Below the pieces are notes generated by a model. The model saw only the letters and a program-made list of their open reading frames with translations, did no database searches and was not told where the DNA came from. Of a stretch of 64,000 nt of DNA, positions 8,719 through 18,645 are shown one piece after another. This DNA is from Longimicrobiales bacterium (GTDB taxonomy: Bacteria > Gemmatimonadota > Gemmatimonadetes > Longimicrobiales > RSA9): NCBI GenBank assembly GCA_035513575.1, contig DATKBW010000157.1, positions 14,831-78,830 of the forward strand, written 5' to 3'. The first letter of the stretch is position 1. Each line of letters begins with the position of its first letter. The position numbers and the translations under genes were made by a program.

Positions 8719-9851
8719 GCGATGGCCGCCCGGGCGCGCTCGAGGATCTCCAGGAACGTCGCCGCGGCCCGATCCACGTCCGCGGCCGTCGACGACCAGC
8801 CGAAGGAGAAGCGCACGATCGCGTCGCTGACGCGGCCCATCGCTACCAGCACGTGGCTCGGCTCGCTGGCCCCGCTGTGGCACGCGGACCCCGCCGACAC
8901 CGCCAGCCCCGCCGTGTCCAGTGAGGCCATCAGGACGTCGGCCGGGACCCCGTCCAGGCCCACGCTCAGGATGTGGGGGAGCCGATCCGCCCCGCCGCCG
9001 TTCACGTGCAGCTCCGGGCTCGCTGCCTCGATCCGCGTCCGGAGCCGGTCTCGCAGCCCCGCCAGGCGCCCGGCCTCGCGGCCCAGGTCCCGCACGGCTC
9101 GCTCCAGCGCGACGGCCAGCCCCAAGGCGCCGGGGACGTTCGACGTCCCGGCGCGCACGCCGCGCTCCTGTCCGCCGCCGGAGACCAGGGGGGTCAGCGA
9201 GGTGCCGGCGCGGACGAAGAGCGCTCCGACGCCCGGCGGGCCTCCGAACTTGTGGGCGCTCATGGAGAGGAGGCTGCACCCGACCTCGTCCACCCGCACG
9301 GGGACGTGACCGACCGCCTGCACCGCGTCCGTGTGGAACGGGACGCCCCGGGCCGCACAGAGCTCCGCCACCTGCCGCACCGGCTGGAGCGTCCCCGTCT
9401 CGTTGTTGCCCCACATCACCGAGACCACCGCGAGATCCTGCTCCAGCGCCTCTTCCAGGCCGCCCGGGTCCAGCCGACCCTCCCCGTCCACCGCGAGCGT
9501 GGTCAGCGCCGCCCCCTCCCGCGCCGCCGCGGCCGCAGGCGCGCGGACCGCGCTGTGCTCCACCGCCGAGATCGCCACGCCCCCGGCCCCCGCCCGCCAG
9601 CGGCCCAGGACCGCCAGGTTGTCGGCCTCCGTCCCGCCGCTCGTGAAGACGATCTCCCGGGGCGTCGCGCCGATGGCCGCCGCCACGCGCGCCCGGGCCT
9701 CCTCCAGCGCCGCCCTGGCGGCGCGGCCGGGGCCGTGACCGCTGGAGGCGTTCCCGTGCCCGGCCTCCATGGCGGCGCTCACGGCGGCGAGCGCCTCGGG
9801 TCGCACCGGCGTGGTGGCCGCGTGGTCGAGATACAGCGTGGTGTCCTCCAT
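8715..9851 (-). CDS. cysteine desulfurase (IscS/NifS-like, class V aminotransferase)
   Basis: LYLDHAATTP, TSGGTEADNLA, PLP-Lys region SAHKFGGPPGVGALFVR, active-site loop SAGSACHSG. Its stop overlaps the mnmA start (ATGA). Confidence 0.9.
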   Translation of the reverse strand: MEDTTLYLDHAATTPVRPEALAAVSAAMEAGHGNASSGHGPGRAARAALEEARARVAAAIGATPREIVFTSGGTEADNLAVLGRWRAGAGGVAISAVEHSAVRAPAAAAAREGAALTTLAVDGEGRLDPGGLEEALEQDLAVVSVMWGNNETGTLQPVRQVAELCAARGVPFHTDAVQAVGHVPVRVDEVGCSLLSMSAHKFGGPPGVGALFVRAGTSLTPLVSGGGQERGVRAGTSNVPGALGLAVALERAVRDLGREAGRLAGLRDRLRTRIEAASPELHVNGGGADRLPHILSVGLDGVPADVLMASLDTAGLAVSAGSACHSGASEPSHVLVAMGRVSDAIVRFSFGWSSTAADVDRAAATFLEILERARAAIA

Positions 9852-9925
9852 GTGGTCGGCTGATAACCCGCTGCTGGCGCGGGGGTCCGCGTGGCGACGA
9901 CGCGCCGGATGTTTATATTCAGGAA

Positions 9926-10267
9926 GTGGACGAGAAGAGACTGGCACCACCGCTCCCCGCTCAATACCCCGAGCGCTTCCTCGCGACGGTGCACGGCACG
10001 GTCTTCTGCGAACGCGCGGAGCGGGTGGACGCGCTGCAGCCCGGAGACGAGCTGGTGCTCCTGCCGGGCCCGCCGGTGACCGACGATCCCGGCGTGTGGG
10101 TTCACGCCCGCGATGGCGCCATCGTCGGGCATCTACCGCCGGAGATCGAGCTCTGGCTCGGGCCCTGGATGCTGAGGGGCGGCAGCGCCACGGCCCGGGC
10201 CGTCCGGGTGTCCGGCGCCGAGGTGCCCAGCTGGAGACGCCTGCTGATCGAGGTCCGCTGTCGTTAG
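9926..10267 (+). CDS. stand-alone HIRAN-domain-like protein
   Basis: 113 aa. LQPGDELVLLPGPPVTDDPGVWVHARDGAIVGHLPPEIELWLGPWMLRGG matches the HIRAN pattern (GE.L.L.REP.N..D..AI.V....G..IGYLP...A..L) at motif level only. GTG start sits right after an AT-rich TATATT box. Confidence 0.55.
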   Translation: MDEKRLAPPLPAQYPERFLATVHGTVFCERAERVDALQPGDELVLLPGPPVTDDPGVWVHARDGAIVGHLPPEIELWLGPWMLRGGSATARAVRVSGAEVPSWRRLLIEVRCR

Positions 10268-10992
10268 AAGGTGGCGACCGCCAGCCCGACCACATCGTCC
10301 ACGGCCATGGTCTCCCGGGTCCAGAAGGGCTCCCCGTACGCGGCGCGGATGAGGCCGCCGTAGTAGGCGGCGTGGACCCGGATCTGGTCCCTGAGGTCCC
10401 GCTCGCCGCCGGGGTACACCTCCCCCATCCCCTTCTTCCCCTCGAACTGCGAGCCGTAGGCGAAGATCGCCTCCAGCTTCCGCTCCATCTGCGCCGTGAT
10501 GTCCACGACGAAGCTGGGCTTCGGGGCGTGCTCGCGGTACGTGAGGGCGTACAGGACCTTGCGCGGCCGGAACGGCGCGCCTTCCACGGGGGCCCGGGAG
10601 AGCCCGGCGACGAAGCACGCGTCGTACGCGAGCTGGCTCGCGGCGCGGTGATCCGGGTGCCGCCCGTCCGGCCACATGACGATCACGGTGTCCGGCCGGA
10701 GCTCGCGGAGCACCGAGGCGACCCGGACCCTTGCCGCGGGGGTGTTCTCCAGCTCCCCATCCGGAAGCCCCGCATCGCGCCGGTCCGCGAGGCCGAGGAT
10801 GCGGCGCGCCCGTTCGGCCTCCTCGGATCGCAGCGACGCGCTCCCGGCCGTCCCCGCCTCGCCGCCGGTGAGGTCCAGCACCCCCGTCGCGTGCCCCGCA
10901 TCGCCGGCGCGGATCAGCGTGCCGCCGCAGAGTAGCTCCGCGTCATCCGGATGGGCGACGATGGCCAGGAGGTCCAGCCCGTTCTCGCTCAC
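10264..10992 (-). CDS. PIG-L family deacetylase (BshB1-like)
   Basis: LLAIVAHPDDAELLCGG and DGRHPDHRAAS motifs. GTG start at 10992 overlaps the stop of the upstream permease (GTGA). Confidence 0.8.
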   Translation of the reverse strand: MSENGLDLLAIVAHPDDAELLCGGTLIRAGDAGHATGVLDLTGGEAGTAGSASLRSEEAERARRILGLADRRDAGLPDGELENTPAARVRVASVLRELRPDTVIVMWPDGRHPDHRAASQLAYDACFVAGLSRAPVEGAPFRPRKVLYALTYREHAPKPSFVVDITAQMERKLEAIFAYGSQFEGKKGMGEVYPGGERDLRDQIRVHAAYYGGLIRAAYGEPFWTRETMAVDDVVGLAVATF

Positions 10993-12227
10993 TCGTAGCG
11001 CAGTGCGACGACGGGGTCCATGCGGGACGCGCGCCAGGCCGGGAAGAGGCCGAAGAGGACCCCGGCGATGGCCGCCATGGCGAGGGCGGCGGCGATGGCC
11101 CAGACCTGTATCACGGCGGGGACCGGAGTGGCCACCCGGACGAGCACGGCCAGCCCACCGCCGATGATCAGCCCGGCCGCGGCTCCTATGACCGTGAGTG
11201 TCGAGGCCTCGAAGAGGAACTGCCACAGGATCTCGCCGCGCCGCGCGCCCAGCGCCTTGCGCACGCCGATCTCGCGGGTTCGCTCAGAGACGGAGATCAT
11301 CATGATGGCGATGACGCCCACGCCGCCCACGAGGAGCGCGACGGAGGACAGGCCGAGCATCACGATGAAGAAGACGCCCGTCACCTTGTTGAACGTGTCC
11401 AGCGCCTGCTGCTGCCGGACCAGCGCGAAGTCGTTCGGCTCGGACGGGCGGAGGCCCCGCACCCCGCGCAGCGCGCCCGCGACCTGGTCCATCGCTTCCT
11501 GCTGCGTCGATCCGACCTGCGGGATCAGCATGACCGTGAGATCGTCGTCCCAGACGCGGAGCTGCCGGAGCGCCGTCGTGTACGGGACATAGATGAACTG
11601 ATTGTCCTGATCGCCGAACAGGTTCGGCGACGGCACGAAGACGCCGACGACGGTGAACGGCTGCCCGTCGAGGCGAATCAGGCGGCCCACGGGATCCAGT
11701 GTGCCGAACAGCTCCGTCGCCAGCCTCCCCGTCAGCACGGCCACCGGTCGCGCCGTGAGGACGTCCGCGTGCCGGAAGTTGCTGCCGGCGACGAACCGCC
11801 CGACGCGGAAGGCGTTCCACCCCGCGCTGTTGCCGCTCACGTGGATGGACTCGAGCTCGGCTCCTCGCGGGCCCTTCACCCGTGCCCTGCCGTCCACGTC
11901 CACCTCGGCCTCCCCCACGTGGGGGAGGTCCGCGAGGAACCTGGCCTCCCGCGCCGTGACCTTGGGGTTGTCGCCCCATGGTGGCCACTCGTTGTCGAAC
12001 CGGATCTCCATGAAGTCGTAGCGCGCCAGGATGAACGCGGTCGGCCCCGCCGCCTCGATCCCCGCCAGGAGCTCCCCCCGGATCCCGGCGACCACGGCGC
12101 TCATGATCATCACCGTGCCCACGCCGACGACGACGCCGAGGATGGTCAGACCGGAGCGGAACTTGTTCGCCCGCAGCTGGTCCAGCGCGATCAGGACGGC
12201 CTCCCGGACCCGCTCCAGCGCACCCAT
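10989..12227 (-). CDS. ABC transporter permease, MacB/FtsX family
   Basis: N-terminal LRANKFRSGLTILGVVVGVGTV, large periplasmic domain, C-terminal FtsX module with ERTREIGVRKALGARRGEIL. Confidence 0.9.
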   Translation of the reverse strand: MGALERVREAVLIALDQLRANKFRSGLTILGVVVGVGTVMIMSAVVAGIRGELLAGIEAAGPTAFILARYDFMEIRFDNEWPPWGDNPKVTAREARFLADLPHVGEAEVDVDGRARVKGPRGAELESIHVSGNSAGWNAFRVGRFVAGSNFRHADVLTARPVAVLTGRLATELFGTLDPVGRLIRLDGQPFTVVGVFVPSPNLFGDQDNQFIYVPYTTALRQLRVWDDDLTVMLIPQVGSTQQEAMDQVAGALRGVRGLRPSEPNDFALVRQQQALDTFNKVTGVFFIVMLGLSSVALLVGGVGVIAIMMISVSERTREIGVRKALGARRGEILWQFLFEASTLTVIGAAAGLIIGGGLAVLVRVATPVPAVIQVWAIAAALAMAAIAGVLFGLFPAWRASRMDPVVALRYE

Positions 12228-12228
12228 G

Positions 12229-13470
12229 CTATTCCGCCCTCAGCGCCACCACGGGGTCGAGCCGGGCCGCGCGGGAGGCGGGGTAGAGTCCCGCCGCGAC
12301 CCCGACCACGATGCCCATGGTCGCCGCGATGATGAGCCAGTGGGCTCCCACGGCGGACGGCATCGGTGATACCGCCTCGATCACCTCGGCCAGCGCGATG
12401 CCCAGGCCGATGCCGAGGGCCGCGCCGAGCCCGGAGAGCGCCGCGGACTCCATCAGGATCTGGAGCAGGATGTCGCGGTGGCGCGCGCCCACCGCCTTGC
12501 GCATGCCGATCTCGCGCGTCCTCTCCACCACCGACATCAGCATGATGTTCATGATCACCATCCCACCGACGACCAGCGCGATGCCGACGAGGCCGGGGAA
12601 GGCGACCAGGAGGATCCGGCTGAACCTCTGCCAGAACGCCATCGACTCATCCCGGGTCTCGATCTCGAAGCTGTTCGGATCGTCCGGCCGCAGGCGGTGT
12701 CGCACGCGCATGAGCGCTTCCACCTCGAGGGAAGCCGGGCGCAGCATCGAAGCCTCGGGCGTGCGCACCAGGATGTTGTCCACGACCCCCCGGGGATTGG
12801 TCAGGCGCGCCATGGGGGAGCGGGCCGGGGCAATGGCGCGGTTGTCGAGGGAGAAGAAGAAGAGCTTCCCCTGGGGCTCCAGGACGCCGATCACCTCGAA
12901 GGGGATGTTGCGGATCCGGACCGTCCGTCCGATCGGGTCGAGGGTCCCGAACAGCTTGTCCGCAGTCTCCGATCCGAGCACCACGACCGGCAGCCCCGCC
13001 TCGTCCTCGAGGGACCCGAAGAGGCGGCCGCGCGCGACCCGGTACTCGCGGATCCGGAAGAAGTCGGCCGACGCGGCGGTGAGCCAGACGCCGCGGACCT
13101 CCTCGCCGCGGTCCGAGCGCGCGTTCCCCTCGTTGAAGCTCTCCACTGCCACCAGCGCCGGGACCTGCATGCCCTCCCGGATCGCTGCCGCATCGTCCAG
13201 CCGGAGCCTCGGGCGGCGACGCATCGCCCGCCATTCCTCGCGGCTGGTGTTCACGCCCACCGACGGGGACCGCGTGACGGTCAGGGTGTTCAGCCCGTAG
13301 ATCGTGCGGGCGAAGTCCTCCTCCATGTAGCGGTTCATGCCCTCCACGATGCTGATCACCGCGATCAGGAACATGACGCCGATGATGACACCGATCACGC
13401 CGAAGAAGCTCTTGAGCTTCTGCGCCCGGATCTGGGCGAGGGCGAGACGGAGGGCTTCCAGCGGCTTCAC
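12229..13470 (-). CDS. ABC transporter permease, MacB/FtsX family (second paralogue)
   Basis: [22 protein letters not shown] ... [20 protein letters not shown]. Same architecture as the neighbouring permease but a clearly divergent sequence. Confidence 0.9.
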   Translation of the reverse strand: MKPLEALRLALAQIRAQKLKSFFGVIGVIIGVMFLIAVISIVEGMNRYMEEDFARTIYGLNTLTVTRSPSVGVNTSREEWRAMRRRPRLRLDDAAAIREGMQVPALVAVESFNEGNARSDRGEEVRGVWLTAASADFFRIREYRVARGRLFGSLEDEAGLPVVVLGSETADKLFGTLDPIGRTVRIRNIPFEVIGVLEPQGKLFFFSLDNRAIAPARSPMARLTNPRGVVDNILVRTPEASMLRPASLEVEALMRVRHRLRPDDPNSFEIETRDESMAFWQRFSRILLVAFPGLVGIALVVGGMVIMNIMLMSVVERTREIGMRKAVGARHRDILLQILMESAALSGLGAALGIGLGIALAEVIEAVSPMPSAVGAHWLIIAATMGIVVGVAAGLYPASRAARLDPVVALRAE

Positions 13471-14183
13471 GCCCGGATCGGCTCCCGCAGCACCACGTCC
13501 GTCTCGATGACCCCGTCGCGGAGCGTGATGCGGCGGTGGGCATGCTCGGCGATCTCGTGCTCGTGGGTCACGAGGAGGATGGTCTGCCCGTCGTCGTGCA
13601 GCTCCTCGAGCAGCCGCATGATCTCCCCGCTGGTCTGGCTGTCCAGGTTCCCGGTCGGCTCATCGGCCAGCAGGATGGCCGGATCGTTCACCAGCGCCCG
13701 GGCGACCGCTACACGCTGGCGCTGCCCGCCGGAAAGCTCCGCCGGGCGATGCTCCATCCGGTCCGCGAGACCGACGCGCCCCAGCACGTAGCGGGCCTTC
13801 TCCCGCCGCTCCTTCGCACCCACTCCGCCGTAGATCAGCGGCAGCTCGACGTTGTGCAGCGCGGTGGCCCGGGGGAGGAGGTTGAAGGTCTGAAACACGA
13901 ACCCGATCTCCCGGTTGCGGATCGCGGCCAGCTCGTCATCCACCATGCCGGCCACGGCGATCCCGTTGAGCCAGTACTCCCCGGCCGTGGGCGTGTCGAG
14001 GCAGCCGATCAGGTTCATGAGCGTGGACTTGCCGGACCCGGAAGGCCCCATGATCGCGACGTACTCGTTCCTTTTGATCTCGACATCCACGCCGCGCAGC
14101 GCCCTGACCGTCTCCGCTCCGAGGACGTACTCCTTCGTGAGGGCGCGCGTCCGAATCACGATGTTCTGCTCCACCTGCATCAC
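13467..14183 (-). CDS. ABC transporter ATP-binding protein (MacB/LolD-type)
   Basis: Walker [10 protein letters not shown], signature [15 protein letters not shown], Walker [14 protein letters not shown]-loop VTHE. Confidence 0.95.
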   Translation of the reverse strand: MMQVEQNIVIRTRALTKEYVLGAETVRALRGVDVEIKRNEYVAIMGPSGSGKSTLMNLIGCLDTPTAGEYWLNGIAVAGMVDDELAAIRNREIGFVFQTFNLLPRATALHNVELPLIYGGVGAKERREKARYVLGRVGLADRMEHRPAELSGGQRQRVAVARALVNDPAILLADEPTGNLDSQTSGEIMRLLEELHDDGQTILLVTHEHEIAEHAHRRITLRDGVIETDVVLREPIRA

Positions 14184-15475
14184 TCCCGCGTGCCGGGTGT
14201 TGCCGCATTCTCTCCACCGGGAAGGACGCGGATCAGGGCGCCATCGTTGAGCTTCCGGACCGCCTCGTAGGGACCCGCGACCACGCTGTCCCCCTCGGCG
14301 AGGCCGGTCCGGACCTCGAAGTGCTCACGACCGGTGATCCCCACGTCCACCGGCGTGAAGTGCGCCCGCCCCTGGCGAATCACGAACACCCCTTCGATGT
14401 CCTCATCGTCGGCCATGAGTCGCTCCGCGGCTTCACGCGCTTCGTCCAGCTCGGTCTCCAGCGCCTCCAGGTCTCTCTTCTCCCGGACCGTCAGCGCGAT
14501 GATCGGGATCGCCAGCGCTCTCCCCCGCTGCTCCGTGATGATCTCCGCGGTAGCCGACAGGTCCGGTCGGAGCGCGGGCGGCGGCGTATCCAGCGTGATC
14601 ACGACCTCGAAATCCACCGCCTGCGACTGCTGCCCCGCCATCCCGCGGCTCGCGGGCGGCATCGTCGAACTGTGGCTGATCTCGGTCACGCGCCCCGTGA
14701 ACTTCTGACGCGCGAACGCGTCGATCGTGATGACGGTGCTGTCTCCCACGGTGACGTCCGGAACGTCCGTCTCGTCCACCCGGACCACGGCTTCCATGAC
14801 CGCGAGGTCGCTCACCGTGAGCAGCAGGCTGCCGGGGTTGTTCATGGTCCCGACGATCGCCGTCTCCCCCTCCTCGATGTTGAGGCGGGTCACGACCCCG
14901 TCGATGGGAGAGCGGATCACGGACTTCGAGAGCTGATCCTCGGACTGCCGCAGCTGCGCGCGGGCGATCTCGACCCCGTACAGGGCGGCCTCGTGGAGCG
15001 CCTTCTGGACCTGGGCCTGCGTCTGCGCGTCCTCGAACTGCTGCGGACTGATGAGCAGGGAGTCCCGGGCGCGCATCTCCCGGGCACGGGAATGCGCCTG
15101 GTCCGCCTGGAGGAGGGAGGCCCGCGCCTGGGCCTCCCGGGCGAGAGCCTCGCTCACGCCCGCCCTGGCGAGGGCCACCGCCGCCTCGTACTGGGTCGGG
15201 TCGATCCGGAGCAGGACCTGCCCCTTCCGAACCTGGTCCCCCTCCCGCACGAACAGGCCCGTCACCCTACCCATGATGTCGGACTGCACGTCCACCGCGA
15301 GCCGGGGCTGGATCCAGCCGCTGGCCCGCACGATGGACTCCAGGTCGCGCGTCCCGACCACCGCGGTCAGGACCCCTACCGAGGCCTCACCCCCGCCCGC
15401 GACCTTGGCCACCGTCGCGCCGCTGATGCTGACCAGCGCGATCGCGCCGATGATCACCTTCGTCTTCCGCTTCAT
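14180..15475 (-). CDS. efflux transporter periplasmic adaptor subunit (HlyD/MacA family)
   Basis: N-terminal anchor [19 protein letters not shown], coiled-coil region rich in AQ/AR repeats, beta-barrel and MP domains ([18 protein letters not shown]). ATG 15475 used, GTG 15484 possible. Confidence 0.9.
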   Translation of the reverse strand: MKRKTKVIIGAIALVSISGATVAKVAGGGEASVGVLTAVVGTRDLESIVRASGWIQPRLAVDVQSDIMGRVTGLFVREGDQVRKGQVLLRIDPTQYEAAVALARAGVSEALAREAQARASLLQADQAHSRAREMRARDSLLISPQQFEDAQTQAQVQKALHEAALYGVEIARAQLRQSEDQLSKSVIRSPIDGVVTRLNIEEGETAIVGTMNNPGSLLLTVSDLAVMEAVVRVDETDVPDVTVGDSTVITIDAFARQKFTGRVTEISHSSTMPPASRGMAGQQSQAVDFEVVITLDTPPPALRPDLSATAEIITEQRGRALAIPIIALTVREKRDLEALETELDEAREAAERLMADDEDIEGVFVIRQGRAHFTPVDVGITGREHFEVRTGLAEGDSVVAGPYEAVRKLNDGALIRVLPGGENAATPGTRE

Positions 15476-15485
15476 CACTCTCACT

Positions 15486-16982
15486 TCAGGTCTGAGGGTT
15501 CGCCAGGTCCTGGCCGACGGCGGCCTCGAGCGCCGTCAGCGCCTCCTGAAACGCGTAGACCGACAGGAGGTACGCGCGGTCCGCCCGCGCCATGACGGTC
15601 TCCGCCTCCATCAGCTCCAGGAAAGACGCGGAGCCCACCCGGTAACGTTCGCGAGCCAGGCGCAGCTGGTCTTCCGCGAGCGCGTGGTTGCCGGTCTCCA
15701 GCCCATGCGCCTGATACGCCGCCTGCAGGCTCAGGTACGCGGCCTCCACGTCGGTCCGGATCCGGAGCTCTTCACCCCTGAGCAGCAGCCGCGCGTCGTC
15801 CGCCTGCGCCGCGGCGGCCTCCACCTGGTGCTGCCTGGAAAGCCCCTGGAACACCGGGACCGAGATCCCCAGGCTCATCGAGAAGGGCTGCGTCTCGAAG
15901 TCGAACGGGAACTGCCGGTTCTGCGCGATGATGTCCGCCCGGTCGGCATCGGTCAGCACCAGCTCCGCACACGGCTGCGGCGGCATCGGGGGGTTCAGCC
16001 GGCTGAGCAGCTCGTTCTGCTGGAGGCACTGCATCCGCGCGCTGTTCAGCCCATCCTCGGCCCGCTCGATCAGGTACTGGTCGCTGCCCGCACGACGGGT
16101 GTAGCCGGACAGCCCGGCCGAGAGCGAGAGGCTCGGGTAGTACGCGCTCCGGGCCATCCCCACGCCGGCCTCGGCCGAGGTGACGCCCGCGCGGGTGGCC
16201 GCGAGCTGCGGGTGCGAGCCGAGGGCAATGGCGAGCAGGGACTCGAGCCGCCACGACGGCTCGAATACCTCCACCGACGTGGTCAGCTCGATGTCATGAC
16301 CCGGGTTCACGCCGATCTGCTGCAGCAGCCGCAACTTCTCCGTGGCATAGCCCGCCCGGGCCCGCACGAGCTCCACCTGCGCACGGCCGCGCTCCACTTC
16401 CGCCTGCTTCGTCTCGATCGCCGTCGCCGACTGCACCGCATAGCGGGCCTCCGCCAGCGCCAGGTTCGCCTCCGCCCGCTCCAGCTCCTTCTCCGTGAGC
16501 GCCACCGCGTCCCGGCCCCGCAGCGCGGCCAGGTACTGCCGCGTCACCAGCGCCTCGAGCGTCCGCTCCGCCGCCGCGATTTCCGCCACCACGGCCTGGC
16601 GCCCCGCCTTCTCCCGCCCTACCCGGTACAGGTCCGCGCCGCTCAGACCGAGAGACACGCCGGCAGAGAAGCTCGAGTAGTAGTACGACGGCGTCCTGCT
16701 CAGCCCCAGGTCGCCCCCGGTGAACCCTCCGATCAGCGCCTCCCCGCCACCCTGATAGCTCAGCCCCCCGCTCACCGAGGCCCCCGGCAGGAACGAACCG
16801 TACGCGCTCCGGACCCCCCAGTTGGCCACCACCTCGTCGTTCAGCCGGGACAGGTAGTCGGGGTTGTTCGCCCGCGCGAGATCCACCGCTTCGGACAGCG
16901 AGAGCGCCGCGGGGGCGCCCTGCCCGGCGGCGAGCGTCGGGACGAGGAGGAGCGTCAGGGCCAGCGTCGGGGAGAGTCTCAT
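15486..16982 (-). CDS. TolC-family outer membrane efflux protein
   Basis: Signal peptide MRLSPTLALTLLLVPTLAAGQ, then two repeats of the OEP pattern (LSLSEAVDLARANNPDY ... YPSLSLSAGLS). Confidence 0.9.
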   Translation of the reverse strand: MRLSPTLALTLLLVPTLAAGQGAPAALSLSEAVDLARANNPDYLSRLNDEVVANWGVRSAYGSFLPGASVSGGLSYQGGGEALIGGFTGGDLGLSRTPSYYYSSFSAGVSLGLSGADLYRVGREKAGRQAVVAEIAAAERTLEALVTRQYLAALRGRDAVALTEKELERAEANLALAEARYAVQSATAIETKQAEVERGRAQVELVRARAGYATEKLRLLQQIGVNPGHDIELTTSVEVFEPSWRLESLLAIALGSHPQLAATRAGVTSAEAGVGMARSAYYPSLSLSAGLSGYTRRAGSDQYLIERAEDGLNSARMQCLQQNELLSRLNPPMPPQPCAELVLTDADRADIIAQNRQFPFDFETQPFSMSLGISVPVFQGLSRQHQVEAAAAQADDARLLLRGEELRIRTDVEAAYLSLQAAYQAHGLETGNHALAEDQLRLARERYRVGSASFLELMEAETVMARADRAYLLSVYAFQEALTALEAAVGQDLANPQT

Positions 16983-17090
16983 GTCCGCGTTACGATCGAG
17001 TGCCTCGGATCCTTCTCGTGTAGAGCACCGTACGCCGGTCCCGTGTGGCGGGTTTCCGCGCCGTGGGGGGCGTGCCGGTGTACTGGCCTA

Positions 17091-17119
17091 CTAATACACC
17101 AGAGGGCCGCCGCGGTCAA
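17091..17119 (-). promoter_or_regulatory. sigma-70-like promoter candidate for the TolC/MacAB operon (TTGACC-17 nt-TATTAG on minus strand)
   Basis: On the minus strand: TTGACC at 17119-17114, 17-nt spacer, TATTAG at 17096-17091. About 100 nt upstream of the tolC ATG at 16982. Confidence 0.4.
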
Positions 17120-17131
17120 GGCTGGCGCGCG

Positions 17132-17815
17132 TCAGGGGAGGGAGGTGCGTTCGGCGACGAAGCTGTCGTCGGGGATCTCGAGGCGGAGGACACGGCCCTG
17201 GTCGTCGACCCAGATGATGCGGCGGCTGAGGCCAGCGGGTTCGACGACGATGCGGTGGGCCGAGACCTGGCTGCCTGCGACGCGCAGGGTCTCGGTGCCG
17301 GCGGCGGTGACGGTAGCGGAGATCTGGCGGCTCTGGCGGGGGATGATGACAGGGACGCGGCCGCCCTGTGCGGCGACGCCGGCGAGGAAGTAGTACTGGT
17401 GTGCGACGCCGTCATCGAGGATGATGGCGCCCTCGCTGGCGATGTACTCGCGCATGGTCTCGCCCGAGGTGGAGACGATGGTGGCGCGGAAGCGATTTCC
17501 GGCGGCCTGGCCGCGGATGCTTTGCTTCTCGGGACCGGTGACCTCAATCTGGTACGCGGATGGCCGGAGTCCCGGGCCCTCGATCTGGAGGAGGGCGCGG
17601 GTCTGCTCGCCCGAGTCGAGGGCGATGCGTCCCTGTGCCACGTGGGTGGTGGCGTCGCCGGTTCCGCTGCGGCGGATGGCGAAGGTCTCGGTGCCGACGG
17701 GAGTGCCGCGGATGGAGAGACGGAACGACCCCTCATCGATGACCGTGGTCTGCGCCGCGGCGGGGGCGGCGGCCAGGGTGGCCAGGGCGAGCATGGCGGA
17801 AATACGAGCGATCAT
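17132..17815 (-). CDS. hypothetical secreted protein
   Basis: Signal peptide MIARISAMLALATLAAAPAAAQ, then a beta-rich mature part. No recognised motif. Confidence 0.6.
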   Translation of the reverse strand: MIARISAMLALATLAAAPAAAQTTVIDEGSFRLSIRGTPVGTETFAIRRSGTGDATTHVAQGRIALDSGEQTRALLQIEGPGLRPSAYQIEVTGPEKQSIRGQAAGNRFRATIVSTSGETMREYIASEGAIILDDGVAHQYYFLAGVAAQGGRVPVIIPRQSRQISATVTAAGTETLRVAGSQVSAHRIVVEPAGLSRRIIWVDDQGRVLRLEIPDDSFVAERTSLP

Positions 17816-17889
17816 GCGGTTCTCCGTTCTGTGTCCGGTTGAGTACCCCGTGGGCCGCGCGGGGTTCGAGTTCGGGGTGAGGGATGAGC

Positions 17890-18633
17890 TCAGAGGGTGT
17901 CGGTATCCTCGTCGGGTCGGACGAAGACGGCGCGGCGGATGCCCTCGAGGATGCGGCGATAGATGCGCTGGCCCTTCTCCGCCGTGGCGAGGGTGGGGCG
18001 GCCGACGCAGCCGGAGCCACCGGGTGGTGGGGCGGGCATTCCACCGCGCATGTAGCGGCGGAACTCGTCGGGGGCGAGCTGGAAGTCGCGTGCGCGGTCC
18101 ATGCGCACGAGGTCGGGGTAGAGGTGGAGCATGAGGGAGGTTTCCGCTTCGCCGGCATGCTCCGCGGTTTCCTGCCCTTCGAGGAGGTCGTGGATCGGGA
18201 CGTCCCAGACGTCGATGACCCGGACGCGGGCCCCGGTGGTGACGAGGGATGCGAGGGCCTCGAGGTGGGGATCGTGGCGGTGCGCGGTGACGAGGATGAA
18301 TTCGGTGACGCCGTGGCCTTCCCAGGCGTCGAGGAGCTCGTTGAGGGCCCGGTGAAGGGTCTTCCTGCCGAGGGAAGCGGTGCCGGCATAGGCGCGCTCG
18401 GTCCGGACGTTGACGCCGAAATGGAACGTGGGGGCGCGGAGGACGCCGAACTCCCGTGAGAGGTCGAGGCAGAAGCGGCGGCCGATGAGGACGTTGCTGC
18501 CGAGGGGGAGGTGGGCGCCGTGCTGTTCGAGGGCGCCCACGGGGATGAGGAGCCGCGGGTCGCGTGCGAGGTGCGCGGCGACGTCGATCCAGCTGAGCTC
18601 ATCGAGAGCGAGGGGCGTGGACTCATCGGTCAT
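17890..18633 (-). CDS. creatininase-family amidohydrolase
   Basis: LLIPVGALEQHGAHLPLG, TAHRHD and HAGEAETS are creatininase/MftE-type metal-ligand motifs. ATG at 18633 chosen over the Arg-rich upstream extension. Confidence 0.8.
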   Translation of the reverse strand: MTDESTPLALDELSWIDVAAHLARDPRLLIPVGALEQHGAHLPLGSNVLIGRRFCLDLSREFGVLRAPTFHFGVNVRTERAYAGTASLGRKTLHRALNELLDAWEGHGVTEFILVTAHRHDPHLEALASLVTTGARVRVIDVWDVPIHDLLEGQETAEHAGEAETSLMLHLYPDLVRMDRARDFQLAPDEFRRYMRGGMPAPPPGGSGCVGRPTLATAEKGQRIYRRILEGIRRAVFVRPDEDTDTL

Positions 18634-18645
18634 GGTATCATCCCG

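Noticed and set aside
8719-9414. N-terminal extensions offered by the ORF track for several genes: mnmA (to 9414), the cysteine desulfurase (to 10295), the creatininase-family gene (to 19146), the MBL hydrolase (to 53855), the ADOP permease (to 31065), the deacetylase (to 11226) and the serine hydrolase (from 30737).
   Set aside because: The extensions are Arg/Pro-rich and overlap the upstream gene. In each case a start codon sits exactly where homologous protein families begin (for example MSGPRRETVLVAMSGGVDS, MEDTTLYLDHAATTP, MTRIARDFRYALRQ).
17078-17101. Hairpin GGTGTA-N12-TACACC downstream of the secreted-protein gene, as a terminator.
   Set aside because: The stem is short (6 bp), the loop is large, and there is no U tract on the minus-strand transcript. 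It also overlaps the -10 box of the promoter candidate for the tolC operon, so its role is ambiguous.
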